DNA of 63,446 nucleotides, filler included, from Octopus bimaculoides (Eukaryota), in NCBI RefSeq assembly GCF_001194135.2. It is 4 parts of 4 records of this genome, joined end to end, with 100 filler letters (N's around TTAATTAATTAA, not from the genome) between each part and the next. Parts side by side here need not be neighbours in the genome. Positions count along the whole stretch, not along the records: positions 23,296 to 29,078 come from NC_068988.1; positions 29,179 to 39,303 come from NC_068994.1; positions 39,404 to 63,446 come from NC_068982.1; 1 more part is not named here. One strand, given 5' to 3'. Position 1 is the first letter of the stretch. Every line of letters begins with the position of its first letter. The translations under genes and the position numbers were made by a program. A model generated the notes under the pieces. That model did no database searches. It saw only the letters and a list, made by a program, of their open reading frames with translations, and was not told the DNA's origin. Below are positions 26,905 through 39,677 of the stretch, in pieces.

Positions 26905-27360
26905 TTACCAGGAAGTAATTATGGACTGGTGCATTGTCCTAATGCAAGTTGCTCTGCTCTTTTGTGATGAAACATCTTTCTGAATTCTCTCAAAACCTCC
27001 ACAAAGTACTCTCTGTTGAGTGTCTGGCGAGATGGAACGCAATGGATGTAGATGATGCCCTTGCTGTCAAAAAAGGGGACCATCATGAGCTTCCTGGTGC
27101 ACTTGCTTTGCCTGGCCTCATACACCAGCAAAAAACAGAAGCTCAGCTCATACAAATTAAACCATAAGCAGTCTGTAGCATTTCATAAGTTTCTGCAGTG
27201 TTTTTGCTCAGTTTAAAACAAAACTTTACTGCATAACAAGTTTCCAAATTGTTTTCACATCCCAACTGCATTCAGCAAACAAGTCATCTGTGACAAGCAG
27301 TGTTTAGCAGGGTGTATTCAAAATGCTGTTACAGCCATCTCCTTCAATCTAGAACAATCA
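26905..27360 (-). mobile_element. Mariner transposase internal fragment
   Basis: ARQSKCTRKLMMVPFFDSKGIIYIHCVPSRQTLNREYFVEVLREFR. Confidence 0.8.
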
Positions 27361-27676
27361 GGTCAGCCATTAGACATATAATAATGATATGCTAAAATTA
27401 TAAATAATCTAGGACAGTTATAACTGTATCTCCTAAAAAAGTCTCAAAACGTCTAGAAAGCATGCATATGCATGTATATGTGCGCATGCATGCATGCATA
27501 TATATATATATATANNNNNNNNNNNNNNNNNNNNNNNNNNNNNNNNNNNNNNNNNNNNNNNNNNNNNNNNNNNNNNNNNNNNNNNNNNNNNNNNNNNNNN
27601 NNNNNNNNNNNNNNNNNNNNNNNNNNNNNNNNNNNNNNNNNNNNNNNNNNNNNNNNNNNNNNNNNNNNNNNNNNNN

Positions 27677-27970
27677 TAAAAGACACTGCCAATTTATTGC
27701 ATTCATTTGTGTGGGTGGCACATAAAAGACACCATTTTGAGCGTGGCCGTTGCCAGTACCGCTTGACTGGCCTTCGTGCGGGTGACACGTAAAAGCACCC
27801 ACTACACTCTCTGAGTGGTTGGCGTTAGGAAGGGCATCCAGCTGTAGAAACTCTGCCAAATTAGACTGGAGCCTGGTGTTGCCATCCGGTTTCACCAGTC
27901 CTCAGTCAAATCGTCCAACCCATGCTAGCATGGAAAGCGGACGTTAAACGATGATGATGATGATGATGAT
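27677..27970 (+). mobile_element. RTE LINE 3' end
   Basis: Same tail as 50190-50538; (TA)n on both sides. Confidence 0.85.
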
Positions 27971-28645
27971 ATATATACATATATATATATATATATGCTT
28001 CTTGTAGTTTACATCAACCAAATCCACTCACATCATTTTAGCTGGATAGGGGCTACACCAGAAAACAGCCAGTTGTCCCAAAGTACCACATAGTGAGAAC
28101 CATCTGGTTAGGAAGCAAGTAGGCACACCAGTGCCTACTGCATTAAGATACAGTAAAAAGACTCATTGGAATATGTAAAGTTGGGGCAGTCACTGCTGGA
28201 AAGTCTTTGATCATAAATGTACTCAATCAGGGCTGACACTTGACTAAACACAACCTACAGTGTTGTTTATAGTATAACTATGAAAAATATATATGAAAGC
28301 ACAGGTCTTTTGATATATTGAGAAAGAGCGAGGGATTGACAAAGTAGTGTTTAGAAATTGTTTACTTAGACCTATAAAAGGAAATAGTCACCTCAGTGTA
28401 GTGGGAGAGGAGATGATGTTAAACAAAGGGCAATTATTTATCACAATAACATACTAACAAGGATAATTACTGTTGCATTTGGGTGAGAAACAACTGTTTG
28501 ATTCTCTAAATCAACAACAATTAGAAAAGGTTTTATTTCACAAAAATACATTTCATTGTTTGTTATCAATAAGGGTACAGAGGTTTGTGAGTGCATGTAT
28601 ACGTGTGTGTGTGTGTGTGTGTGTGTGTGTCTGTTTGTGTGAATA

Positions 28646-28679
<34 letters not shown>

Positions 28680-29281
28680 CGTTTATGAATTTGTGTTGCA
28701 AGATTCCGATGGAATAAGCAGAGTAAGAGCACACATGAAGTCGGAAAGTATCACTGAGGAGGTCACAGATGTGTAACAAAAGATTTCCAGACAATGAACA
28801 TGAGTTAGAATAAGAGCAGTAACAAATAAGTAAAGAACGAATATATAGTGTGTGTGTTTATTTGGCAAAACAAAACAAAATGACCATGCCAAAATGCAAC
28901 TATATCTATATATATCCAAGGTCTGCATATCAGATGCTACAAGGCTTATGGGGTCATCGAGAAAGAATGTGAGCTGATTTGGGGTCTCCCACTTGATGTC
29001 AATATTGTGCACCAGCTCCTCTCACTGAGATAAGATTTCACTCAGTATTCTTCTAGCCATTGCTCATTCTCTCTCTCTNNNNNNNNNNNNNNNNNNNNNN
29101 NNNNNNNNNNNNNNNNNNNNNNTTAATTAATTAANNNNNNNNNNNNNNNNNNNNNNNNNNNNNNNNNNNNNNNNNNNNCCATGTTCTTTTGCAACGTCAT
29201 GTACCCAGATATGTATCTATATGTACATGTAGATGAAGGTATGTATATACATGTATATATATATGCATATACTCATATATT

Positions 29282-29321
<40 letters not shown>

Positions 29322-29516
29322 GTCACTCTCCTTTTCTCTCCCCCTCTTTTACTCCCTTTCTTTCACTCTTCTCTCTATCTCTTTCTCTGTCACTCTCCCT
29401 TTCTCTCCCCCTCTCTTACTTCCTTTCTCCCTCTTCTTCTCTCTGTCTCTCTTTGTCTTTCTCTCTCTCTCCCATCCACACACTCTTCATTTAACCCTCT
29501 CTCCACCTCTCCACAG

Positions 29517-29623
29517 GTTACGTCCAACTCTACGTAGACTGGATCCTCAACAAGTCCGTCTATAAGGTGTTTAAAGAGTTCTACTTTGGCTTCCACAGTG
29601 TCTGTGCATCCAACGCCCTCATT
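29517..29623 (+). CDS. HECTD2: HECT E3 ubiquitin ligase (HECTD2-like), internal exon, fourth from last
   Basis: Acceptor ccacag, donor gtaagt. Translates YVQLYVDWILNKSVYKVFKEFYFGFHSVCASNALI, matching the HECTD2 HECT domain as I recall it (YVQLY..LNKS.YK.F..FY.GFHSVCASNAL). Phase 1 in, phase 0 out. Confidence 0.93.
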
Positions 29624-30054
29624 GTAAGTAACCCCTTCTATATTTGACGAGGGCACTCGTGGGCAGGGGATCAACAACCACAAATAAAGGGTTTCATCGC
29701 ATGCTTGATAGCCCCTGGGAGTACAAAAACTCTGTTGTAGTACAGGGACTTTTGGTACGTGTAAAAGGGCTCATTACTCAGAAATAAAGGTATTGTTGGA
29801 GTAGGGGCCTCGTACTCTAAGTACAGGGGCAGTGTTAGGGATCAGAGATCGTTATTGGGGTATGAGGATATTGTTGGAGCATCGATATTGATGGGATGCA
29901 GGACTCATTGTTAGGGTATGTGGATATTGGTTTCAAATTTTGGTATATTGACCCCAGTGCTCAACTGGTATTTATTTTATTAAGGATGAAAGGTAAAGTC
30001 CACCTTGGCAACATTTGAACTCAGAATGTAGTGACAGACGAAATACAGCTAAGC

Positions 30055-30086
<32 letters not shown>

Positions 30087-30790
30087 AATAATAAGGATAA
30101 TCCTTTCTACTATAGGCACAATGCCTGAAATTTGGGTGGAGGGGGATTGTTGACTACATCGGCCCCAGTGTTTCACTGGTACTTATTTCATTTATTGATC
30201 AATTGATCATCTCACTGATTGAATAAAGACTTTTACTCTTCATTACAAGTTAATTTTAATTAATTAAGCATCACGTTTTTGGGGTGGGAGGTTGTACAAT
30301 AGTCATGTTAGTCCACACTTAACTATATATTCTTCATGCAAAAGGCCTCCCTGGGAAATTTTCTCATAAACGTATTTCACTCAAATTTTATTTGTTCTCA
30401 GTCAATCAAATCAAATGTCTCTCTAGTACGAATAATGTTAGGCTACAGTGAAGAGGCCAAATAAGGTTGAAACATGTCTACCATTATCACTATACACAGA
30501 TCAGATTAACTCCCTTTTACATTGCCTTCATTCGATTCTAATCGCTTCAGATTTCTAAGTTATCTCCCTTACTATTTCCTGACACAAATCATCATTATAG
30601 CTAATGAAATTTGTTTGAATTACATGAATAACTATGATTAATTAAATATTTGTTAGCTCGCTACATCAGCTAAATTTAGCCTCAATTAAAGTTTAAAGTT
30701 TTAATTAGTTCTCTCTATCTCCTCTGTTTCATGTCACCTTCCACTACCTATAGACATGCATTCTTACAAAGATAATTTATTTACCTGCAG

Positions 30791-30906
30791 ATGTTGAGAC
30801 CCGAAGAGGTTGAAATGTTGGTGTGTGGATCCCCAACGCTGAATATGAGAGAACTGAGACAGGTAGCTACCTATGATGGATATAATGCAGCAGACGTCAC
30901 AGTCAA
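30791..30906 (+). CDS. HECTD2: HECTD2-like exon, third from last
   Basis: ctgcag/gtaagt boundaries. MLRPEEVEMLVCGSPTLNMRELRQVATYDGYNAADVTV(K). Phase-compatible with both neighbours. Confidence 0.95.
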
Positions 30907-31094
30907 GTAAGTTGCAAAATTACTTCATGTATGAATGTTTCTCAGGGATTCATCAAGTGATGCAGATATCCTCTGAGCACTTGTACTCACTGCTCAGTAT
31001 TAGCATGAACACACACACACACATGTATACAAACTTGTGATAATCAGCTTATAGAGAAGCCATTTAAATAAAACCCATTTTGTTCGTCTTACAG

Positions 31095-31235
31095 GTATTT
31101 CTGGGATGTGGTTTACAAGTTCCCCACAGAATTACAGAAGAAATTGCTTCTCTTTACCACAGGAAGCGACCGAGTACCAATCGGCGGCATGTCTGATATG
31201 ACATTTAAAATTACAAGAGTAGAAGACCAAACACT
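31095..31235 (+). CDS. HECTD2: HECTD2-like penultimate coding exon
   Basis: ttacag/gtaagt boundaries. YFWDVVYKFPTELQKKLLLFTTGSDRVPIGGMSDMTFKITRVEDQT, containing the HECT C-lobe FTTGSDRVP motif. Confidence 0.96.
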
Positions 31236-31732
31236 GTAAGTAGGGTGACTGAAGAATACCAGCTAATAATGTGGGGGGAGTTTTAAGTCAATGAGAGAGC
31301 CTCTTCTGGGATGAGTGAATGGCTAGAAATAGCTAAAACTCTGTTAAATCACATCTAGCATCTTAAATAATGAAGAATACATTCATCTCAGCAAGAATGT
31401 CTTTGATAAAAGGTTTGATGAGACAGAGCTGAACTGGGTCCTATGGAACTGTGTTCTCAATGATGGACTGTATTCTTGAATAGAATACAAGTTGCTATAC
31501 AAAACATGCCTGAGACACTATCTTCATGGTTAAGTCTTGGCAGAAGTTTTGACCCTTTAGCATTTATGCCAGCCATTTCCAGTCTAAATATTTTATATAG
31601 TAAATAGATGCTCACTCAATTGACATATTATTTTTAAAAATCTGTAAATGTACAACCATCCAGATCTCTGAGTACCTTACTTCTTCTAACATATATATAT
31701 ATATATATATATGTATATACACACACTTATAT

Positions 31733-32130
31733 ACAACGGGCTTCTTTCAGTTTCTGTCTTCCAAATCCACTCACAAGACTTTGATGAGCCCAAGGCTATA
31801 GTAGAAGACACTTGCCCAAGGTGCCATGCAGTGAGACTGAACCTGGAACCATGTGGTTGGGAAGCAAGTTTCTTATTTCTTTACTGCTCACAAGGGGCTA
31901 CACACAAAGGGGACAGACAAGGACAGACAAACGGATTAAGTCGATTATATCGACCCCAGTGCGTAACTGGTACTTATTCAATTGACCCAGAGAGCATGAA
32001 AGGCAAAGTCAACCTCAGCGGAATTTGAGCTCAGAACGTAGTGGCAGACGAAATACCGCAAAGCATTTTGCCCGGCATGCTAACATTTCTGCCAGCTCGC
32101 TGCCTGCTTACCACACAACTACGCCTGCAC
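31733..32130 (-). mobile_element. SINE family A head, interrupted by a family-B SINE
   Basis: Sequence resumes after 32104; short ctta duplication at the junctions. Confidence 0.85.
31876..32104 (-). mobile_element. SINE family B nested in family A
   Basis: Reverse complement of 4479-4709. Confidence 0.9.
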
Positions 32131-32140
32131 CTATATACAA

Positions 32141-32540
32141 AGAGTGATTGTGTGGTAAGTAACTTGCTTACGAACTGCATGGTTCCAGGTTCAGTCCCAC
32201 TGCGTGGCAACTTGGGCGAGTGTCTTCTACTATAGCCTCGGGCTGACCAAAGCCTTGTGAGTGGATTTGGTAGATGGAAACTGAAAGAAACTCGTCGTAT
32301 ATATGCATATGTATATATATGTGTGTGTTTGTGTGTCTGTGTTTGTCCCCCCAATATCGCTTGACAACCGATGCTGGTGTGTTTACGTCCCTGTAACTTA
32401 GCAGTTCGGCAAAAAGAGACCGATAGAATAAATACTAGGCTTCCAAAGAATAAGTCCTGGGGTCGATTTGCTCGACTAAAGGCGGTGCTCCAGCATGGCC
32501 ACAGTGAAATGACTGAAACAAGTAAAAGAGTAAAAAAAAA
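32141..32540 (+). mobile_element. SINE family A, full length
   Basis: Head, (TA)/(TG) spacer, second half and aaagag tail. Confidence 0.9.
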
Positions 32541-32589
32541 AAAAGGGAGTAAAGAGTAACCCCTAATATCTTTCAGGTAAATCCCCTAA

Positions 32590-32766
<177 letters not shown>

Positions 32767-32837
32767 TTTGTGATCCAAGTGACCCCTGGTCAACCAGAAA
32801 TATTTTCTTGTAACTTAACAAAAACTAGCACAGTCAT

Positions 32838-32976
32838 AATAAACCAGCAAGCGGTGGCTGTACAAATATATTTTCCTGTAGCTTAAAAAAATAGTGGATT
32901 CGCAATAAACCACTGACCAGTGGTCATTCAAATATATTTTCTTGTAACTTAACAGATTTAATTGATACAGAAATAA
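32838..32976 (+). promoter_or_regulatory. Candidate polyadenylation signals in the HECTD2 3' UTR
   Basis: AATAAA at 32838, 32904 and 32971, inside an imperfect ~66-bp tandem repeat; the first two are followed by a T-rich TATTTTC(T/C)TGT tract. Confidence 0.5.
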
Positions 32977-35025
32977 ATTATTGACTGATGGTCATTATTA
33001 TTTTTTTTTTTTTTTTNNNNNNNNNNNNNNNNNNNNNNNNNNNNNNNNNNNNNNNNNNNNNNNNNNNNNNNNNNNNNNNNNNNNNNNNNNNNNNNNNNNN
33101 NNNNNNNNNNNNNNNNNNNNNNNNNNNNNNNNNNNNNNNNNNNNNNNNNNNNNNNNNNNNNNNNNNNNNNNNNNNNNNNNNNNNNNNNNNNNNNNNNNNN
33201 NNNNNNNNNNNNNNNNNNNNNNNNNNNNNNNNNNNNNNNNNNNNNNNNNNNNNNNNNNNNNNNNNNNNNNNNNNNNNNNNNNNNNNNNNNNNNNNNNNNN
33301 NNNNNNNNNNNNNNNNNNNNNNNNNNNNNNNNNNNNNNNNNNNNNNNNNNNNNNNNNNNNNNNNNNNNNNNNNNNNNNNNNNNNNNNNNNNNNNNNNNNN
33401 NNNNNNNNNNNNNNNNNNNNNNNNNNNNNNNNNNNNNNNNNNNNNNNNNNNNNNNNNNNNNNNNNNNNNNNNNNNNNNNNNNNNNNNNNNNNNNNNNNNN
33501 NNNNNNNNNNNNNNNNNNNNNNNNNNNNNNNNNNNNNNNNNNNNNNNNNNNNNNNNNNNNNNNNNNNNNNNNNNNNNNNNNNNNNNNNNNNNNNNNNNNN
33601 NNNNNNNNNNNNNNNNNNNNNNNNNNNNNNNNNNNNNNNNNNNNNNNNNNNNNNNNNNNNNNNNNNNNNNNNNNNNNNNNNNNNNNNNNNNNNNNNNNNN
33701 NNNNNNNNNNNNNNNNNNNNNNNNNNNNNNNNNNNNNNNNNNNNNNNNNNNNNNNNNNNNNNNNNNNNNNNNNNNNNNNNNNNNNNNNNNNNNNNNNNNN
33801 NNNNNNNNNNNNNNTATGCATGTATATGTATATGTGTGTATGTATACAAGGACATTATCAGACTGGTAGAAAAATAGAACTACACACACATATACACTCA
33901 CACACCCACACACTTACATATGTACATTACATACACACATATATACATACACACATACACATATACAAATATACATACATACATGCATACATACATACAT
34001 ACATACATATATACAAACATACATACATACATACATATATACAAACATACATACATGCATACATACATACATACATACATACATACATACATACATACAT
34101 GCATCCATATATACCAAGGAAGCCATTAAAGATAATGAGAAGGAACAAACAATTAGAAGTTAAATATCTTGTCTTTTGTTATTGAGGTGACGGTGGTGGT
34201 GGTGGTGGTGGTGGTGGTGGTNNNNNNNNNNNNNNNNNNNNNNNNNNNNNNNNNNNNNNNNNNNNNNNNNNNNNNNNNNNNNNNNNNNNNNNNNNNNNNN
34301 NNNNNNNNNNNNNNNNNNNNNNNNNNNNNNNNNNNNNNNNNNNNNNNNNNNNNNNNNNNNNNNNNNNNNNNNNNNNNNNNNNNNNNNNNNNNNNNNNNNN
34401 NNNNNNNNNNNNNNNNNNNNNNNNNNNNNNNNNNNNNNNNNNNNNNNNNNNNNNNNNNNNNNNNNNNNNNNNNNNNNNNNNNNNNNNNNNNNNNNNNNNN
34501 NNNNNNNNNNNNNNNNNNNNNNNNNNNNNNNNNNNNNNNNNNNNNNNNNNNNNNNNNNNNNNNNNNNNNNNNNNNNNNNNNNNNNNNNNNNNNNNNNNNN
34601 NNNNNNNNNNNNNNNNNNNNNNNNNNNNNNNNNNNNNNNNNNNNNNNNNNNNNNNNNNNNNNNNNNNNNNNNNNNNNNNNNNNNNNNNNNNNNNNNNNNN
34701 NNNNNNNNNNNNNNNNNNNNNNNNNNNNNNNNNNNNNNNNNNNNNNNNNNNNNNNNNNNNNNNNNNNNNNNNNNNNNNNNNNNNNNNNNNNNNNNNNNNN
34801 NNNNNNNNNNNNNNNNNNNNNNNNNNNNNNNNNNNNNNNNNNNNNNNNNNNNNNNNNNNNNNNNNNNNNNNNNNNNNNNNNNNNNNNNNNNNNNNNNNNN
34901 NNNNNNNNNNNNNNNNNNNNNNNNNNNNNNNNNNNNNNNNNNNNNNNNNNNNNNNNNNNNNNNNNNNNNNNNNNNNNNNNNNNNNNNNNNNNNNNNNNNN
35001 NNNNNNNNNNNNNNNNNNNNNNNNA

Positions 35026-35405
35026 CCAGCGCAGGAGTGGTTGTGTGGTAAGTAGCTTGCTTACCAGCCACATGGTTGCGGGTTCAGTCCCACTGCGTGG
35101 CACCTTGGGCAAGTGTCTTCTACTATAGCCTCGGGCCGATCAAAGCCTTGTGAGTGGATTTGGTAGATGGAAACTGAAAGAAGCTCGTCGTATATATGTG
35201 TGTGTGTGTGTGTGTATGCTTGTCTCCCCACCATCGCTTGACAACCGATGCTGGTGTGTTTACGTCCCTGTAACTTAACGATTCAGCAAGAGACCGATAA
35301 AATAAGGACTAGGCTTACAAAGAATAAGTCCTGGGGTCGATTTGTTCGACTAAAGGCGGTGCTCCAGCATGGCCGCAGCCAAATGGCTAAAACATGTAAA
35401 AGAAT
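35026..35405 (+). mobile_element. SINE family A
   Basis: Full bipartite structure. Confidence 0.9.
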
Positions 35406-35519
35406 AAAGGAATCACTGCAGTCAGGTGATCTTAGCTGCTATTTCTAGCTGGTTGGGCAACCACATAGTGACTTCTTCATTAGCTATATTAGGGGTAGTT
35501 ATTAGGGGTAGGAACTGTG

Positions 35520-36248
35520 GTGGTAGAAGTGTTGTTGTTGTTGTTTTAGCCCTAGGTTATTCTTGATTGAGCAGACCCTTGTGATTAAAGACAGTCCACT
35601 CGTGACCGTCACACCTTTTAATATCCAATTATCTGAGACGCTAGGATATGATTTGAGGTAGATTTGGTTAGTATTTCTAGCAGTTTGAGAGACCAGAATG
35701 AGTTCCTCTTCCTGATGATAGTGGTGGTGTTGGCGGAGGCTAAGGCGGCAGCGGTGGTGGTGGTGGTGGCAACAGTGGTAGAAACGGTGGTGGTGGTAAT
35801 AACTGGGTATGTGATGGAGACAACAGCAGCAATATTTGGGTGGTGGTACTCTCTTTGGCCTTGTTGTTGTTGTTGTTGTTGTTGGTGTTGCTGTGGTTGT
35901 TTGGCAGTGGTGTCAGGCTTATAGCAGAAGTGTGGGGGAAGCAGGAGTGGTGGTGGTGGGGAGGGAGGGAGAGAAAGAAGAGGAGAGGATAATGTTAATA
36001 ACAGAGATATTAAAGAAACAGGAGTGACGATGGTGGTGGTGGTGGTGGTGGTGGTGGTAATGACAACAACGATGATGATGATGATGATGACGATGACGAC
36101 GACGATGGTGATAGTGGTGGCGGTAGCAGTAATACTTGTAGTAGTANNNNNNNNNNNNNNNNNNNNNNNNNNNNNNTGGTGGTAGTAGTGGTGGTGATGG
36201 TGGTAGTAGTAGTAGTAGTAGTAGTAATAGTAGTAATGGTGGTGGTGC

Positions 36249-36299
<51 letters not shown>

Positions 36300-36681
36300 C
36301 TGCAGCAGCAACCGCAGCAATGATGATGATGGTGCGGCGGCGGCGGCTGCGGTGGTGATGATGGTGGTGGTGGTGGTGAGGACAGTAGTAATGACAACGA
36401 TGATGAGATGATGACGATGATGGCAACCGACGCCTGTGATGACAATGACGACGACGGAACATATGGTTGCTGGTGGTGGGGTGAAGGAGGAGGAAGGGGG
36501 TTGAGCAGAAGCTACCAACATCCTGGTTTCTGCTGCCATTTAAAGATAAGGGAAGCTTTTGTTCCATCAAGCATATTTAGTTTTACTTATTTATTCTACC
36601 ACCATTATTATTAGTAGTAGTAGTAGTAGCAGCAGCAGCAGTAGTAGTAGTAGTAGTAGTATTGTTATTATTGTTGTTGTG

Positions 36682-36716
<35 letters not shown>

Positions 36717-36890
36717 GTTGTTGTTGTTGTTGTTGTTGCTGTTGTTACTACTACTACTACTACTATTATTATTATTATTATCATTATTATAGCAGTGGAT
36801 GGCAGAGACGATGGGTGGAGTGGAGTGTCTGTCCTGTCCAGGGGAGGTGGGAGGTGTGGTGGTGGTGGTGGTGGTGACGATGGTGGGACA
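35520..36890. repeat. Patchwork of trinucleotide repeats (GGT, AGT, GAT, GCA, GTT, TTA, CTA)
   Basis: Directly visible; source of the homopolymer-rich ORFs. Confidence 0.95.
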
Positions 36891-37227
36891 CAAAATGTCT
36901 TTGCTTATTGCCTGGTTTCCTATTTAGTTGCTATGACATTACTTGTTATGTACGTTGTTCGCAAGTTCAAACCTCACTAAGGAACTGACTTTACGTTGTA
37001 CCGTTCTGGGGACCAGACAAATAAGAAGTGCCAATGAAATACTGAGGATCAATACTACCTACTAAACCCCCTCGACCTTAAAGTCAATAAAAGCTTGTAA
37101 AGCGACCTTCAAGGAACCCCTTGATATCAAGAAATAGAAGCTAAATCTCGCTATACTGAAATAAAGGAAGGCAGAGCAAGTTAGACAATGTGGTTGTAGA
37201 TATATTCACACTTTCGCATTTAATCTG

Positions 37228-37585
37228 TCCAGGAGTGGCTGTGTGATAATTAGCTTGCTTACCAACCACATGGTTCCGGGTTCAGTCCCACTGCATGGTA
37301 CCTTGGGCAAGTGCCTTCTACTATAGCCTCAGGCTGACCAAAGCCTTGTGAGTGGGTTTGGTAGACGGAAACTGAAAGTGTATGTGTTTGTCCCTCCTAA
37401 CATCGCTTGACAACCAATGTTCATGTGTTTATATCCCCGTAACTTAGCAGTTTGGTGAAGGAGACTAATAGAATAAGTTCGAGGCTTACAAAGAATAAGT
37501 CCTGGGGCTGATTTGCTTGACTAAAGGCAGTGCTCCAGCATGGCCACAGTCAAATGACTGAATCAAGTAAAAGAATAAAAGAATA
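37228..37585 (+). mobile_element. SINE family A
   Basis: Full bipartite structure with a short spacer. Confidence 0.9.
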
Positions 37586-38963
37586 TCTTGTCCAAATATT
37601 TTACATGTGTTATGTTAAAACCTGACCAGATCCAACCTTTCAAACGAACCCTACAACAACGTTCTAAAAATATGCAAACACAACATTGAAATCTTGAAGC
37701 TACAAAACAATGCAAAGAAGAGCACTCAGAGAGCGCAATCCTCTGCCAAGGCAACATCAACATCCTCTCAACGATTACCCAGAGATGATTTTTAAAATGA
37801 GNNNNNNNNNNNNNNNNNNNNNNNNNNNNNNNNNNNNNNNNNNNNNNNNNNNNNNNNNNNNNNNNNNNNNNNNNNNNNNNNNNNNNNNNNNNNNNNNNNN
37901 NNNNNNNNNNNNNNNNNNNNNNNNNNNNNNNNNNNNNNNNNNNNNNNNNNNNNNNNNNNNNNNNNNNNNNNNNNNNNNNNNNNNNNNNNNNNNNNNNNNN
38001 NNNNNNNNNNNNNNNNNNNNNNNNNNNNNNNNNNNNNNNNNNNNNNNNNNNNNNNNNNNNNNNNNNNNNNNNNNNNNNNNNNNNNNNNNNNNNNNNNNNN
38101 NNNNNNNNNNNNNNNNNNNNNNNNNNNNNNNNNNNNNNNNNNNNNNNNNNNNNNNNNNNNNNNNNNNNNNNNNNNNNNNNNNNNNNNNNNNNNNNNNNNN
38201 NNNNNNNNNNNNNNNNNNNNNNNNNNNNNNNNNNNNNNNNNNNNNNNNNNNNNNNNNNNNNNNNNNNNNNNNNNNNNNNNNNNNNNNNNNNNNNNNNNNN
38301 NNNNNNNNNNNNNNNNNNNNNNNNNNNNNNNNNNNNNNNNNNNNNNNNNNNNNNNNNNNNNNNNNNNNNNNNNNNNNNNNNNNNNNNNNNNNNNNNNNNN
38401 NNNNNNNNNNNNNNNNNNNNNNNNNNNNNNNNNNNNNNNNNNNNNNNNNNNNNNNNNNNNNNNNNNNNNNNNNNNNNNNNNNNNNNNNNNNNNNNNNNNN
38501 NNNNNNNNNNNNNNNNNNNNNNNNNNNNNNNNNNNNNNNNNNNNNNNNNNNNNNNNNNNNNNNNNNNNNNNNNNNNNNNNNNNNNNNNNNNNNNNNNNNN
38601 NNNNNNNNNNNNNNNNNNNNNNNNNNNNNNNNNNNNNNNNNNNNNNNNNNNNNNNNNNNNNNNNNNNNNNNNNNNGTGATGTTGGTGGAGTATTCATCTA
38701 GATTGTAGTGTGGGGTGGAGGTGGAAGTTTACTGAGGGGGAGGGCAAGGATACCAAGAGATGGCTTGAGGTGTTTCAGAGAAGAGGAAAGGAGACGCAGG
38801 GAAGACTGCAGATGTAAGGGTGGAGGGGTAGAGGTGAATGTGGGGCCATATCCCTTATACATATAGACCCTTGTATATTTATGCGTATACTACATTACAA
38901 TCATATGCACATACACATATAAACACACACACACACACACACTCATGCACATATACATACAAT

Positions 38964-38995
<32 letters not shown>

Positions 38996-39261
38996 CACAT
39001 ACATATATATAAATGCATACATATATATATATATACATACATACATATATATACATATGTATATATATTTATAAATACACACGCATACATAGACACATGC
39101 ACACATACAGCTATATATATATATATATATAATATACACGCACATATATACATGCATACATATATATATATACATACATATATATATATATATATATATG
39201 CATATATATACATACATACATTTTGTTTTTATTTTTACATTTACAATTTATATATGCATAC

Positions 39262-39302
<41 letters not shown>

Positions 39303-39403
39303 TNNNNNNNNNNNNNNNNNNNNNNNNNNNNNNNNNNNNNNNNNNNNTTAATTAATTAANNNNNNNNNNNNNNNNNNNNNNNNNNNNNNNNNNNNNNNNN
39401 NNN

Positions 39404-39677
39404 CTGGACTGGCTTGTGCGGGTGGCACATAAAAGACACCATTTCGAGCGTGGCCGTTGCCAGTATCGCCTGACTGGCCTTCGTGGAGGTGACACGTAAA
39501 AACACCTACTACACTCTCTGAGTGGTTGGCGTTAGGAAGGGCATCCAACTGTAGAAACTCTGCCAAATTTAGATTGGAGCCTGGTGTTGCCATCCGGTTT
39601 CACCAGTCCTCAGTCAAGTCGTCCAACCTATGCTAGCATGGAAAGTGGACGTTAAACGATGATGATGATGATGATGA
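39404..39677 (+). mobile_element. RTE LINE 3' end
   Basis: Same 3' UTR and (GAT)n tail. Confidence 0.85.

Noticed and set aside
28683-29012. 109-aa minus-strand ORF as a possible exon of an antisense gene
   Set aside because: No recognisable domain or convincing splice sites, and it overlaps low-complexity sequence.
30800-30825. HHR-like words (gacccgaagaggttgaaatg) in a HECTD2 exon
   Set aside because: Explained by the conserved LRPEEVE coding sequence; no CTGA core or stems.
32958-35128. 250-330 aa ORFs in the track (also 7238, 8698, 13025, 16201, 37710)
   Set aside because: They consist of X residues from N gaps.
35618-36980. Long ORFs with poly-His, Tyr, Thr, Leu and Gln runs
   Set aside because: Products of stop-free trinucleotide repeats; no domain, splice or codon evidence.
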